64,000 bases of DNA. It comes from Candidatus Micrarchaeia archaeon. GTDB taxonomy: Archaea; Micrarchaeota; Micrarchaeia; Burarchaeales; Fermentimicrarchaeaceae. The DNA lies in the NCBI GenBank assembly GCA_038871515.1, contig JAVZHX010000002.1, positions 141,815 through 205,814 of the forward strand, in the 5' to 3' direction. Under the pieces are notes generated by a model. That model had not been told where the DNA came from. It did not search any database and saw only the letters and a list, made by a program, of their open reading frames with translations. Both the position numbers and the translations under genes were made by a program. Positions 9,969 through 19,495 of this stretch are shown here, one piece after another; the first letter of the stretch is position 1, and every line of letters starts with the position of its first letter.

Positions 9969-11297
9969 ATGAAAAGGCTGCTGGTTATCCTGCTAGTATT
10001 GAACTTTGTTTTTGCCGGAAAAGTTGGTTTGGTGGTTCAGTTCAACGATAATGAGGTGATGACAAAATGCATCACAATTTCAATTGATAACTCAGTTCAG
10101 CCAGGCTGCAGCGTAAACCCAGCCACCTGGTGCAATGAGAACACAGGAAGCTCAACTGCAGAGAAGGTGCTCAGAAGCTCTGGTTTGAAATTAGTTTTGG
10201 CAGATGAATACATTGCTTTTCCTGGTTGCAGTTATGGAAGGTTGCTCTGCAGGATAGAGAATGTTGGGTGCGAGGCTTCTGGCTCAAGCTGTGTTGGCTG
10301 CGGCAGCAACTACTGGGGTTTCTTTTACCTTAAAGATGGTGGTTGGCAGTACTCAGAATGTGGGGTGAGCGGGTTTAATGTCAAAAATGGAGATGTGCTT
10401 GGTTTCAGGTGGGGGGGTTATGGGGATTTGCCAGCTGTTTATTCTTTCAATGAGATATGCGCCTCACCTTCTCAAAGCGGTGAAGTTCAACCGCTGAAAA
10501 AGTTAAGCATAGAAATTCAGGGGAACTGCACGGAGCAACCGGTAGTTATCAAAGTTAAAGAGGAAGGTGGGGAGGTTATTTGGGAGCCAACTAACTTTGT
10601 ATTCCCCTCCAGAAGTGGGTTGAATATAATTTTGGAAACAGGAGTTGGAGTTGAAGTTCTAAGAAAAGAAGTTTACTTTGGGAAGGATGCTGGCTATGAT
10701 AAGGTTGCATTTCTTTTCACAGATGAGAATGGGATTGCAAGCTTCACCTCAGAGAAAACTGGGAATTATAAACTGCAGTTCAGGAAGGATGGTTTCATAG
10801 ATGAGGAGAGAGAAGTTGAAGTGAATGAGTGCGTGAAGGAGGTGATAACACCAGCTGAGGAAACGAAGTTTGTGGGAGAGGAAAAACCAGCAACAAGAGT
10901 GCAGATTATTGCGCCAAAAACCGCGGTTGTGAACACAACAGTTGTTTTGAGAGTTGTTTCAGAAGAGGGAAAACCCCTCCCTTTTGAAAGCGTGTTTGTG
11001 AAATTCTCTGGGGGGGAGAAACAGCTCATCACAAACGAAAGCGGAGAGGCAAGTTTCACTGCTGAGGAGGAAGGAGTTTACAATTATTACTCACCAACGC
11101 ATCTTCTGACTTCCTATGAGGTTACAAATATAATGAAAGAAACACCTCCGATTGCCTTTCAAGAAACACCGGAAAAGGAAATTGAGCAACCTCCATCTGT
11201 TGGGATGGCAACAGCAGGTCCTTCCCCATTGCTTTTTGCAGGAGGAGCAATAATTATTTTAGTTTTGCTTTACTTATTTAGAGAGGTGAGAAAGTGA
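9969..11297 (+). CDS. secreted DUF4430 (transcobalamin-like) domain protein with Ig-like repeats and C-terminal TM anchor
   Basis: Signal peptide MKRLLVILLVLNFVFAG. SNYWGFFYLKDGGWQYSECGVSGFNVKNGDVLGFRWG matches the DUF4430 core pattern (yW.yyvNg...G...y.LkdGD.i.f.y). Two carboxypeptidase-regulatory/Ig-like repeats. C-terminal hydrophobic helix plus REVRK tail. Confidence 0.5.
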   Translation: MKRLLVILLVLNFVFAGKVGLVVQFNDNEVMTKCITISIDNSVQPGCSVNPATWCNENTGSSTAEKVLRSSGLKLVLADEYIAFPGCSYGRLLCRIENVGCEASGSSCVGCGSNYWGFFYLKDGGWQYSECGVSGFNVKNGDVLGFRWGGYGDLPAVYSFNEICASPSQSGEVQPLKKLSIEIQGNCTEQPVVIKVKEEGGEVIWEPTNFVFPSRSGLNIILETGVGVEVLRKEVYFGKDAGYDKVAFLFTDENGIASFTSEKTGNYKLQFRKDGFIDEEREVEVNECVKEVITPAEETKFVGEEKPATRVQIIAPKTAVVNTTVVLRVVSEEGKPLPFESVFVKFSGGEKQLITNESGEASFTAEEEGVYNYYSPTHLLTSYEVTNIMKETPPIAFQETPEKEIEQPPSVGMATAGPSPLLFAGGAIIILVLLYLFREVRK

Positions 11298-11812
11298 GGG
11301 AAATTAGAAATTCCGCGAAGTACGTTATTGCTTTGCTTTTCTGTGCTTTTTTTAGAATACTCCCAAGACCGCCGAATGTAGAGCCTGTGATGACTGCAAC
11401 GATGCCATTCGCAAAGGAATTCGGAGGTTGGGCTGGGTTCTTCTTCGCAGCATTTTCAATTGTTATATTTGATTTTCTCAGCGGGAGAGTTGGTTACTGG
11501 ACAGTTTACACATCTCTTGCTTATGGTTTGGTTGGCTATGCTGCATGGCTGTGGCTTTCAAAAAAGAAAGAGGTAAAGGGAAGGGATTATGCGAAGTTTG
11601 CATTCCTTTCAACAATTTTCTATGATGCGGTAACTGCTCTTGCTTTTGGAATTCAGTTTGGGCAGAGTTTGGAGGTTACTTTGCTAGGGCAGATTCCATT
11701 TACCTTTTACCATCTTCTTGGAAACGTGAGTATGGGGTACCTGATAAGCCCACTGCTGCACAAATGGGTTATCGCGAACCCAAAGCTGGAGCTGAATGTC
11801 TATTTGGGTTGA
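11294..11812 (+). CDS. small polytopic membrane protein (ECF-transporter S-component-like)
   Basis: About 170 aa with 5-6 predicted TM helices. GTG start overlaps the stop of the DUF4430 gene (GTGA), implying coupling. Size and topology fit an energy-coupling-factor substrate-capture subunit, but no diagnostic motif. Confidence 0.4.
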   Translation: MREIRNSAKYVIALLFCAFFRILPRPPNVEPVMTATMPFAKEFGGWAGFFFAAFSIVIFDFLSGRVGYWTVYTSLAYGLVGYAAWLWLSKKKEVKGRDYAKFAFLSTIFYDAVTALAFGIQFGQSLEVTLLGQIPFTFYHLLGNVSMGYLISPLLHKWVIANPKLELNVYLG

Positions 11813-12340
11813 TTACTTTTTTCTTTTCCCACTATTTGCGAACATAGCTCCTCTCACAACAAAGTATCCAACTGCTATTCCTATAACTGCTATTACAACA
11901 ATTGCAAGTGTCCAGATATTAGCCCCCAATCCTCCAATTGGTGAAACTAGGTAGTACCTTCCTCCCCCTCCGCCTCCTCCACCAGCCAGCACGGTATAAA
12001 CCTGTGGTGAGCCCATCTGGAATTGGTAACCCGCTTTGCCTGCAATGCAATACCAGTTGTGGTTGCCTGAATAAAGAGTTGTTCCACTATAATGGTATGC
12101 TCCATCGTAGTAACTTGCGGAGTAGTTGCCTGAGTCAATTACAACAAAAACTATTGCTCCAGTTACTGGTTGGGATGTCCCATTCAAATTCGCGTAATAC
12201 ATGCAGGAAAACGTTGGCTTCACCCCAGAACGAGCAGTTCCTGATTGGGGCGTTACAGATTGGTTGAGAGTTGTTGGAATCTGCGCTTGTGCAACGCCCA
12301 ACAGCACAAGCAAAACAAACACGTACCAAATTTTTTTCAT
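11813..12340 (-). CDS. small secreted protein with Gly8 tract and C-terminal TM anchor
   Basis: Signal peptide MKKIWYVFVLLVLLGVAQAQ, GGGGGGGG linker, C-terminal hydrophobic helix followed by GKRKK. Surface-anchored topology. Confidence 0.45.
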   Translation of the reverse strand: MKKIWYVFVLLVLLGVAQAQIPTTLNQSVTPQSGTARSGVKPTFSCMYYANLNGTSQPVTGAIVFVVIDSGNYSASYYDGAYHYSGTTLYSGNHNWYCIAGKAGYQFQMGSPQVYTVLAGGGGGGGGRYYLVSPIGGLGANIWTLAIVVIAVIGIAVGYFVVRGAMFANSGKRKK

Positions 12341-12352
12341 ATAATCCCTCCT

Positions 12353-13432
12353 TTATTTTTTAAAACTTCTGTTTGCGAACCCTTCGGGGCTTATTCCCCT
12401 TAACCTGAACAGTTCAGCAGTTCTCCCAGTTATGATAACTGGTGAGTTTGAAAGTGAGGAAAGCTCCCTTGAGCCTGTGAGAAACATGCATACCTTTAAC
12501 TGCTCCTTCCATCTCTCAAGCTCATTCACAACTGCCTTCTCTCCTTTTTTTGTTGCTTTCAAGAAAGGAAGGGCAGCGCCTGCATAATCTGCACCAAGCG
12601 CAACTGCTTTTGCAACGTCAACACCGGAGCGAATCCCACCGCTTGCTATAAGCGGAAGCTCACAAACGCTTGCAACTTCAACAATTGATAAAGCAGTGGG
12701 AATGCCCCACTCCCACAACCACTCCTCCTCACGCGAGCTTCTTATAAGCTCAACAGCTCCCCACGAGGTTCCTCCAGCTCCTGCAACATCTATTCCCTTA
12801 ACGCCAGTATTTTTTAATTCAACCGCAACCTCTCTTGAGATTCCTGCTCCTGTTTCCTTCACAATAACTGGCACGCTGATTTCTGCGGTGAGCTTTTGAA
12901 GCGCAGATAAACATCCTTTGAATTTTTTATTTCCTTCTGGCTGCACAACCTCCTGGAGCGGGTTGAGATGAACAAACAATGCATCTGCTTCAACCTTTTC
13001 AACTGCATCAGCTATTCTGTTTACATCGTGCTCCAAAAGTTGCGTTATGCCTATGTTACCAATCAAAGGAATATTTGGGGCAACATCTCTAACGCAATAC
13101 GTGTTTGCGAGGGATGGTTTCTCTATCATTGCCCTCTGGGAGCCAAGCCCCAACGCAACTCCTGAGCTTTCAGCAGCTGCAGCCAGCGTTTTATTTATTT
13201 TCTTTGCTTCATGCGAGCCTCCCGTGATGGGCTCAATTATAATCGGAGCTGAAAGCTTCTTTCCAAAAAACTCACAGCTTACATCAACTTCATCAAGGTT
13301 CAGCTCTGGAAGCGCGTTGTGAATTAGCTCAACATCCTCAAAACCAGTGCTCTTCCTTGAGAACTCCACTTTCCTCTCACAGCAAATTTTCAGATGATAT
13401 GCTTTTCTCTTCTCAGTAGTTGATTTTGCCAT
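12353..13432 (-). CDS. fni: isopentenyl-diphosphate delta-isomerase, type 2 (FMN-dependent)
   Basis: Full-length similarity pattern of IDI-2: EDVELIHNALPELNLDEVD, SAPIIIEPITGG, GIDVAGAGGTSWGAVE FMN/TIM-barrel motifs. Confidence 0.9.
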   Translation of the reverse strand: MAKSTTEKRKAYHLKICCERKVEFSRKSTGFEDVELIHNALPELNLDEVDVSCEFFGKKLSAPIIIEPITGGSHEAKKINKTLAAAAESSGVALGLGSQRAMIEKPSLANTYCVRDVAPNIPLIGNIGITQLLEHDVNRIADAVEKVEADALFVHLNPLQEVVQPEGNKKFKGCLSALQKLTAEISVPVIVKETGAGISREVAVELKNTGVKGIDVAGAGGTSWGAVELIRSSREEEWLWEWGIPTALSIVEVASVCELPLIASGGIRSGVDVAKAVALGADYAGAALPFLKATKKGEKAVVNELERWKEQLKVCMFLTGSRELSSLSNSPVIITGRTAELFRLRGISPEGFANRSFKK

Positions 13433-13459
13433 ACTATAAATACGGGGGGTTTATATAAA

Positions 13460-14251
13460 TTATTTATGAATAAGGGTTCCGCTTGGCTTGCCGAGCAGAG
13501 CTTCCTTTAGATTGCCCTCAATCAAACCGCATATCACTCTGCTTTCTATTCCAATTCTCGCAAGCCCAAGCAGTATTTCAACCTTGTGAAGCATTCCGCC
13601 GGTTACATCTATTCCTGCTGAGCCACCAAGAGAGTTTTTCACTTTGCTGAAATTCCCAGGGGTTATCTCAGGTATTTTTTGGGGGGAGGATGCGCGAGGG
13701 TTTGCAAGCACTCCGTTTGTGATACCTACAAGTATTATTCTTTTTGGCTTCAGCTTCCTTGCAAGGTAGTCAAATATCATCTCAGTTGACAGTATGGAGC
13801 AACCCCTCTCCAAATCAACTACCACATCACCGTAAGGAACAGGAAGTAAATTGTGGGATAGCATTCTTTGCAATGGTTTTATATCAAAGTGAACTATTCT
13901 TCCGTTTCTGGTGAGCACGCATGCGGATGGTTGCACTGAAACAGCATTCTCCCCTGCTTCAATTAGACACTCAACAACAATTCTGTTCAACCTAGAAGCA
14001 GCATCCTGAACCTCTGAAATTCCTCTGTATGTTTCAGGGCTAACAACTCCCTTGTGAACCTCGTATTTTTTCGCTGGCACATGAGGGAATGAACCTCCTC
14101 CGTGCCCAACAATAAGTTTTAGGTTGCCTTCCTCTCTTGCCTCATGAATCTCCCTTGCAACCCTCTTTATAATCTCCATCCTTGGGGTGAACGGCTTTGT
14201 TTTGTCAGTTATCAAACTTCCCCCAAGCTTCACAAACACAAGCTCTCTCAT
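13460..14251 (-). CDS. ipk: isopentenyl phosphate kinase (amino-acid-kinase fold)
   Basis: VKLGGSLITDK and LIVGHGGGSFPH match the IPK nucleotide/substrate motifs. C-terminal IDVTGGM. Confidence 0.85.
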   Translation of the reverse strand: MRELVFVKLGGSLITDKTKPFTPRMEIIKRVAREIHEAREEGNLKLIVGHGGGSFPHVPAKKYEVHKGVVSPETYRGISEVQDAASRLNRIVVECLIEAGENAVSVQPSACVLTRNGRIVHFDIKPLQRMLSHNLLPVPYGDVVVDLERGCSILSTEMIFDYLARKLKPKRIILVGITNGVLANPRASSPQKIPEITPGNFSKVKNSLGGSAGIDVTGGMLHKVEILLGLARIGIESRVICGLIEGNLKEALLGKPSGTLIHK

Positions 14252-14649
14252 CTCACCACTTCCACAACTCCCTCATTTCCATCTACAATAACTTTATCCC
14301 CATTCTTTATAAGCTTGAATACATTTTTTTCTGGTTTATCAACCATCGGAATTTCTGAGATTATTGCGCCAACCGCAACAATCACCTCCGCCTCCTCATT
14401 TACAATCCCTTTCGGCGCTTTTCCATTTCTTTTCAGCTGATAGATTACATATGAGCCAACTGTTGAGCCTCTCCCTCTCGGGAAGAGGAGTATTTTTCCT
14501 GCAACAGAGCTTTTGAAAAGAGGGTGTTTTGGGTTGATAATTCTTCCTGTTTTTGGGTCAACGTCACCAAGAAAACTTATCTCCTCTGTGCTTATAAGAG
14601 CTTCCCCCTCCGCCCTTCCTTTGGATATCGCTCTTCCTTTTATTTTCAT
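14248..14649 (-). CDS. phosphomevalonate dehydratase small subunit (AcnX-type, DUF126)
   Basis: 133-aa swivel-domain protein of the aconitase-X small-subunit type. 4-nt overlaps with both neighbours in a mevalonate-pathway operon. Confidence 0.75.
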   Translation of the reverse strand: MKIKGRAISKGRAEGEALISTEEISFLGDVDPKTGRIINPKHPLFKSSVAGKILLFPRGRGSTVGSYVIYQLKRNGKAPKGIVNEEAEVIVAVGAIISEIPMVDKPEKNVFKLIKNGDKVIVDGNEGVVEVVR

Positions 14650-15413
14650 TCCCTCACCCTCTCGACTGCATCAGCAAATTCAACAACCAACTCAGCAAGC
14701 TGTATAATTTTTTTCTCATCGCTTATCATTCCAGAGGTGTAAACTGCTGCGAGGTTGCTTCCTGCCTGCAGTGAAACCAGAAGTGGAGTTGAGAGTATCT
14801 TTCCTTGAATTGATTTAACCACTCTTTTCGCGTATTCCATATCCTTGCTTTTTACAGAATACCTTTTATCAAACTCTTTTGAAATAACCGGCTCGCCTCT
14901 TTTCAGAAAGGGAATGCCGATGGATGGAGTGATGAGTAGGGGTTCAGGCAAACCCTTCTGAAGTGGAGTTGTTGCCATCGTCTGCACATTCTCTCCCATT
15001 GAAAAGGTTGTTATGTTTATCAATCTACCCTTATACTTTCCAACCAAGCCAGGCATCCTCACTGATTTTCCGTTTGGCTCAACAAACTCCACATTCATGG
15101 AATACTGCCATCCCATTTTATCAGCAAGCGCGCTCCATCGCTCATCCATTTTCTTTGCAACGCGCATTGAAAAAAGAATTATCAGAAGAAATATGAAGTC
15201 AATAAAAATTATCAAAGCAATCAGCAGTGGTATTGTTTTCACAAAATCTTTTGGCGAGATGATGAAGAAAACTCCTGCCATCAATAAATCTACGAACAGA
15301 ACAACTGCAAGTAGCAGTTTCATATCCTTCTTTGTCTGTTCCTGATGAAGTGGTTTCATAAACATCACTCCAAAATTTCTTTCAAAGAGCCGAAAAGAAC
15401 CTTCTGTTTGCAA
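14646..15413 (-). CDS. membrane protein of unknown function embedded in mevalonate operon
   Basis: Two N-terminal TM helices then an approximately 170-aa soluble domain. Probable start at internal Met (MFMKPLH, about 15365) giving a TGATG stop/start overlap with the upstream AcnX large-subunit gene. Confidence 0.5.
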   Translation of the reverse strand: MQTEGSFRLFERNFGVMFMKPLHQEQTKKDMKLLLAVVLFVDLLMAGVFFIISPKDFVKTIPLLIALIIFIDFIFLLIILFSMRVAKKMDERWSALADKMGWQYSMNVEFVEPNGKSVRMPGLVGKYKGRLINITTFSMGENVQTMATTPLQKGLPEPLLITPSIGIPFLKRGEPVISKEFDKRYSVKSKDMEYAKRVVKSIQGKILSTPLLVSLQAGSNLAAVYTSGMISDEKKIIQLAELVVEFADAVERVRE

Positions 15414-16531
15414 AAGCCAGGGAGGTAATGAGCTGCCTTCCCTGAATTAACTGCTGTTGTGCTGAAACCCATCTCCTCAAGAGGGCAGACAACCATGCAC
15501 GTGTCACAAACAATCCTTCCCCCAGCTTCCTCAATTATTTTCGTCAAACCAAGCTTATCTGCTTTATTTTTTATTTTCCTTGCAGTGCAAACCCACAGCT
15601 TTCTTTTCAACTTCTTTCCCCTCACTCTCTCAGCTATCTCCCTTATCTCATCAAGCGAGCAGTGGGGGCATCCAACTGCCATTAGCTCGGCGTCATTTGA
15701 TGAATTTAAACTTTCTTTCGTTTCCTTTAACTCTTTCTCAGTGAACTCAACTTTCTCAGGTTTATCCACAACCTTCCATTCATCAGTTATATCTTTGATG
15801 AAAAACAGCGCAACTGCTCCTGAGGCAGCAAGCGCTGCGCCAAGCGACTTCACCTCATCAACAGTTACTGTTTCTATCCCCTGAAAAGCAACCACTCTCT
15901 GCTTTGCTATTCTTCCTGAGTAGATTCCAAGCGCACCAAAATCAGACATATCTTCAAGCTTTGTTTTCACATCAACAACAAGATGTGCAATTCTGTTCTC
16001 ATCAAGGTGATAACCAAAGCAAGGGGTTTTTCCAATAATTGCAGCTGCTAATGCGCTCATTCCACTTTCCCTGTTCGTCCTAGCCCCAAGCGCTGAGTTT
16101 GCAAAAACAACTGCTGAGCTTTCGCTCCACGCAACATGTTCATTTTTCTTTGGGAGGATGTTTATCAAATAAGGAGTGCAGGTGCATGTTGGCTCAACCC
16201 CCATCTTCTGGTATGCGCGTATTATCCTTATCTGCTTCCTTGCAAACTCTTTGGGAATTCCCATCTCCCTCCATCCCTCAACGTCCATTCCTGCTGGGTT
16301 CAGGTAGCTTGGTATTTTAACCCTTCCATCTTTTGCAAAACTTTCAAGAAACTCCAAACCAGCATCCCCAATTGTTTTGTAACTTACACCTGAAATCTGA
16401 GCTGAGGTGACTGGAATGAGCTTTTCTGCTTTGAATATTTTGCCTATAGCAAGAAGAATTTCCATTGCTTTAGCTGCAGCAGCTCCCTGCTCCCCGTTCA
16501 GAATTCCCTCCTCCTCCCTTGTGAGGTTCAT
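15365..16531 (-). CDS. phosphomevalonate dehydratase large subunit (AcnX-type, DUF521)
   Basis: 388-aa aconitase-X large-subunit-like protein with Cys-containing CTCTP and CDTC segments. Sits between AcnX small subunit and UbiD-like decarboxylase. Confidence 0.8.
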   Translation of the reverse strand: MNLTREEEGILNGEQGAAAAKAMEILLAIGKIFKAEKLIPVTSAQISGVSYKTIGDAGLEFLESFAKDGRVKIPSYLNPAGMDVEGWREMGIPKEFARKQIRIIRAYQKMGVEPTCTCTPYLINILPKKNEHVAWSESSAVVFANSALGARTNRESGMSALAAAIIGKTPCFGYHLDENRIAHLVVDVKTKLEDMSDFGALGIYSGRIAKQRVVAFQGIETVTVDEVKSLGAALAASGAVALFFIKDITDEWKVVDKPEKVEFTEKELKETKESLNSSNDAELMAVGCPHCSLDEIREIAERVRGKKLKRKLWVCTARKIKNKADKLGLTKIIEEAGGRIVCDTCMVVCPLEEMGFSTTAVNSGKAAHYLPGFCKQKVLFGSLKEILE

Positions 16532-17820
16532 CTGAGATACCTCCCAAGCTTAACTTTTGGGAATTTTGCTTTTTTAAACTCCTTCAGCTTCTTCTTAAGA
16601 GGTGCTGTTGCATCAACTCCCATCTTGCTTGTCTCTCTTGTGAATGGGTTTGCCGACGGATCAAGGGAAGAACCCTTCTCATGTTTTTTCACAACCAACC
16701 CATCCTTTGCCTGAAACCTTGTTGCAACAGCCCATTCAACTTCAAGCGGGTTGTGAATGTCAATATCATCATCAACCACAACAACGTGCTTCAAGGAGGA
16801 GTGCCCTCTGAAAGCAGCCTCAATTGCTTTCCTTCCATCCTCTTCATTTTTCTTCTTTATTTTCACAACTGCATGCAACCAGGAGCAACCACCAAGGGTG
16901 AGGGATACATCTTTGCACTCACAAACTTTGTTCACCTCTCGGAATATTGTTGGCTCTCTCGGCATACCCATAAGGAGCTTGTGCTCATTTCCACCTGGCA
17001 GAAGTGCATGATAGAATGCATCTTTTCTGTGAGTTATTTTCTTAATTTCAAGCACAGGCTGCTCCCTCACAACATCATACGTTTCAGTCAAATCAACAAA
17101 TGGACCCTCTGGGGCAAGCTCCTTTGTGATTCTCCCCTCAAGCACGAGCTCGCTGTGCGCTGGCACCTCAACATCAACTGTTTTGCACCGCACAATTGGC
17201 AGCTTTTCCAAAGAGTTCGCAATTTTCATCTCATCAAACCCAAGCTCAACAGAGGTTGCAGCTGCCAGAAGAAAGTTAGCTGAGTTTCCTATGCAAACAG
17301 CGACGTCAAGCTCCCCTCCATTTCTTTTTATGAACTCATTCAAATGCCTTGGGAGAATTCTCATCACAAACCTCCTTCTGTCAAGTTGCATCAGCCTATG
17401 AAATGAGCAGTTTCTCCCAAGCTCCTCGTCCTTCGCGACAACAACCCCGGAAGTTATGTAGGGGCCTCCATCCCTCTCGCAGTGAGTTAGAATTGGAAGT
17501 TTGTTCAAATCAACTTCCTCCTCAACTTCCTGGCATGGTGCTTTCTCAACAAGCACGGGTTCAGAAGGGTTGTCTATTGCATGCGCAATTCTCAAGAGAA
17601 GCTTCTCCTTCGGCACTCCAAGCGACTCCGCGATGAGCTCGCGGGATGAGAAAACGTTTCCAATCACCATGAATTTGCTTTCCTTAACTTTTTCAAAAAG
17701 AACAGGCTTCCCATCAAGCTGCTTCAATATTCCTGCTGCAACAAACCTCTTGCTCACGGGCTTCTTGATTAAAATAAGCTTTTTAGATAATTTGAGTTTT
17801 TTTATAAACTCCCTCAGCAT
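16528..17820 (-). CDS. UbiD-family decarboxylase, probable anhydromevalonate-phosphate decarboxylase
   Basis: 430-aa UbiD-fold protein (LPGGNEHKLLMG, TLGGCSWLHAVVKIKK). Operon context with AcnX subunits, IPK and UbiX. Confidence 0.75.
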   Translation of the reverse strand: MLREFIKKLKLSKKLILIKKPVSKRFVAAGILKQLDGKPVLFEKVKESKFMVIGNVFSSRELIAESLGVPKEKLLLRIAHAIDNPSEPVLVEKAPCQEVEEEVDLNKLPILTHCERDGGPYITSGVVVAKDEELGRNCSFHRLMQLDRRRFVMRILPRHLNEFIKRNGGELDVAVCIGNSANFLLAAATSVELGFDEMKIANSLEKLPIVRCKTVDVEVPAHSELVLEGRITKELAPEGPFVDLTETYDVVREQPVLEIKKITHRKDAFYHALLPGGNEHKLLMGMPREPTIFREVNKVCECKDVSLTLGGCSWLHAVVKIKKKNEEDGRKAIEAAFRGHSSLKHVVVVDDDIDIHNPLEVEWAVATRFQAKDGLVVKKHEKGSSLDPSANPFTRETSKMGVDATAPLKKKLKEFKKAKFPKVKLGRYLR

Positions 17821-17824
17821 ACGC

Positions 17825-18190
17825 TCACCTCTCAGAGATCCTCAGAACTTTTCTTGTATCGTAATACAAACCTGTGTTGAAAACTCCCCAGCCAATCAGA
17901 ACTGCATACGTGTTAACCTGCCCAAGCCAGAGCAGGAGAAATTTATTTATATTCAGAAGCAACCACAGGAAACTTAACGCAAATAATGGAAGGATGGTTA
18001 CAAGTATTCTCTCCTTTTTGAAAATTCCTTTATGAAATTTTAATGAAAGCGCAAGGAAACACCATACGTAGATAACTACAAATATGTCAGTCAATTCAAG
18101 CGAAGCATATGAGAGAAGAAAACCACCTGAAATGAGCAGGCAGCCCACAAGCATAAGTATCTGGCCAAAGGTTATCATTTCCTCTCCCAC
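17825..18190 (-). CDS. small membrane protein (4 TM), unknown function
   Basis: 121 aa, four hydrophobic helices. Lies between UbiD-like and UbiX genes with 16-nt overlap with ubiX. Confidence 0.4.
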   Translation of the reverse strand: MGEEMITFGQILMLVGCLLISGGFLLSYASLELTDIFVVIYVWCFLALSLKFHKGIFKKERILVTILPLFALSFLWLLLNINKFLLLWLGQVNTYAVLIGWGVFNTGLYYDTRKVLRISER

Positions 18191-18807
18191 CTCTTGTATA
18201 ATTTATTTTCAACTCTCAAAGAATCAAGAATTTTGCCAACTATGAAATCAATCACGTCATCAAGCTTTCTGGGTTTGTTGTAGAAAGCAAGTGAAGGTGG
18301 CAGTATAACAACACCTAACCTTGAAAGCTTCAACATGTTTTCAATGTGTATTGAACTGAAAGGAGTTTCTCTTGGCGTAAGTATCAGCTTTCTCCCCTCC
18401 TTTATCATAACATCCGCGCTTCTCGTTATCAAGTTATCCGAGTAGCCGTGAGCAATCGCTGAAAGAGTTTTCATTGAGCAAGGGCAGATAACCATCGCAT
18501 CAAAAAGCGATGAGCCAGAAGCAGGAGGTGCATCCACTTCCTCAGCTTCATAAACCTTCCCGTAGCTTTCAAGCTTCTTCATAACTTTTTTCACATCCCC
18601 AAGCTCATGCTGAATAACTCTCTTCGCATTCTCGCTAACAACTATGTGAAGCTCGTGCTTCCTCAAAACTTCACATAGACGAACTCCTATTGAAACTCCA
18701 GATGCACCTGTAAGTGCTATGAGTATTTTCACAAAGTAGTTAGGAAAAGTGAGGTATTTAAGTTTATATACGACAGAAGCAGAATCAGTCAAACTTCTTT
18801 TTTTCAA
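18175..18807 (-). CDS. ubiX: flavin prenyltransferase UbiX (prenyl-FMN synthase)
   Basis: ILIALTGASGVSIGVRLCEVL and PCSMKTLSAIAHGYSDNLITRSADVMIKEGRKLILTPRETP are the flavoprotein/UbiX signatures. Likely GTG start near 18732. Confidence 0.85.
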   Translation of the reverse strand: MKKRSLTDSASVVYKLKYLTFPNYFVKILIALTGASGVSIGVRLCEVLRKHELHIVVSENAKRVIQHELGDVKKVMKKLESYGKVYEAEEVDAPPASGSSLFDAMVICPCSMKTLSAIAHGYSDNLITRSADVMIKEGRKLILTPRETPFSSIHIENMLKLSRLGVVILPPSLAFYNKPRKLDDVIDFIVGKILDSLRVENKLYKRWERK

Positions 18808-19495
18808 TCATTCTTTTAAATTGATTTAGAGTTATTTGTACTGAGTGAATTTCATCAAGCTCACGCGCAGTTTGTGAGATTTTATCAAAAGTATCAACAA
18901 GCTTTTCAAACTCCCCAACCTCCTTTCTCATCCTTGCAACTCTGTTTTTAACAAACTCCTCCGGGTTTAACTCGGTTAAAACTACTCCGGAAAGTTTCAT
19001 GTATTCCCGCAACTGCTCCCCCTTAAGCTCCTCCAAACCTTTCACTATCTTCTTATCAACCTCAATAAGTAAACTTGCTCTTTCTTTGAAAACCCTGCTC
19101 AGCTCATCTCTTTCCCTCGCAGTAAAGTCACTCTGAACAAGTTTTTTCAGAAGTGCAATTGTCCCAACATTGAAAACAGCCCTCTCGCACTCCATATTCA
19201 CAATTCTCGCAGGAAGCTCCTCCTTCTCGTACTTTGAAATTCTCTCCCTCATCTCCTCTATTGCTTTTCTGTTATTTTTTATAAGTTGAGAAGCTTCGGT
19301 TTCAGTTTTATGCATATGTATTTTTTGCATTTCTTTCTTTATAATTATTCGGGAAAAGCAACAGAGCAGTACGCAACAACTTCTCCGTAATCCTTTGTCA
19401 CATCTCCGGAGTTTGCATACTTCAAAACTTTTGCTTCCTTCCCCCCATTCAGCTTTGAGTAGATTATCGTTGCCATTATCGGAGCGTAACCACAT
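18785..19495 (-). CDS. hypothetical coiled-coil protein
   Basis: ORF overlaps the upstream Memo-like gene in another frame. Real start probably internal Met MQKIHMHK at about 19330, giving about 181 aa. Confidence 0.35.
   Translation of the reverse strand: MWLRSDNGNDNLLKAEWGEGSKSFEVCKLRRCDKGLRRSCCVLLCCFSRIIIKKEMQKIHMHKTETEASQLIKNNRKAIEEMRERISKYEKEELPARIVNMECERAVFNVGTIALLKKLVQSDFTARERDELSRVFKERASLLIEVDKKIVKGLEELKGEQLREYMKLSGVVLTELNPEEFVKNRVARMRKEVGEFEKLVDTFDKISQTARELDEIHSVQITLNQFKRMIEKKKFD

Noticed and set aside
16681-17283. Plus-strand 200-aa ORF
   Set aside because: Antisense to the UbiD-like decarboxylase gene, which has strong family motifs.
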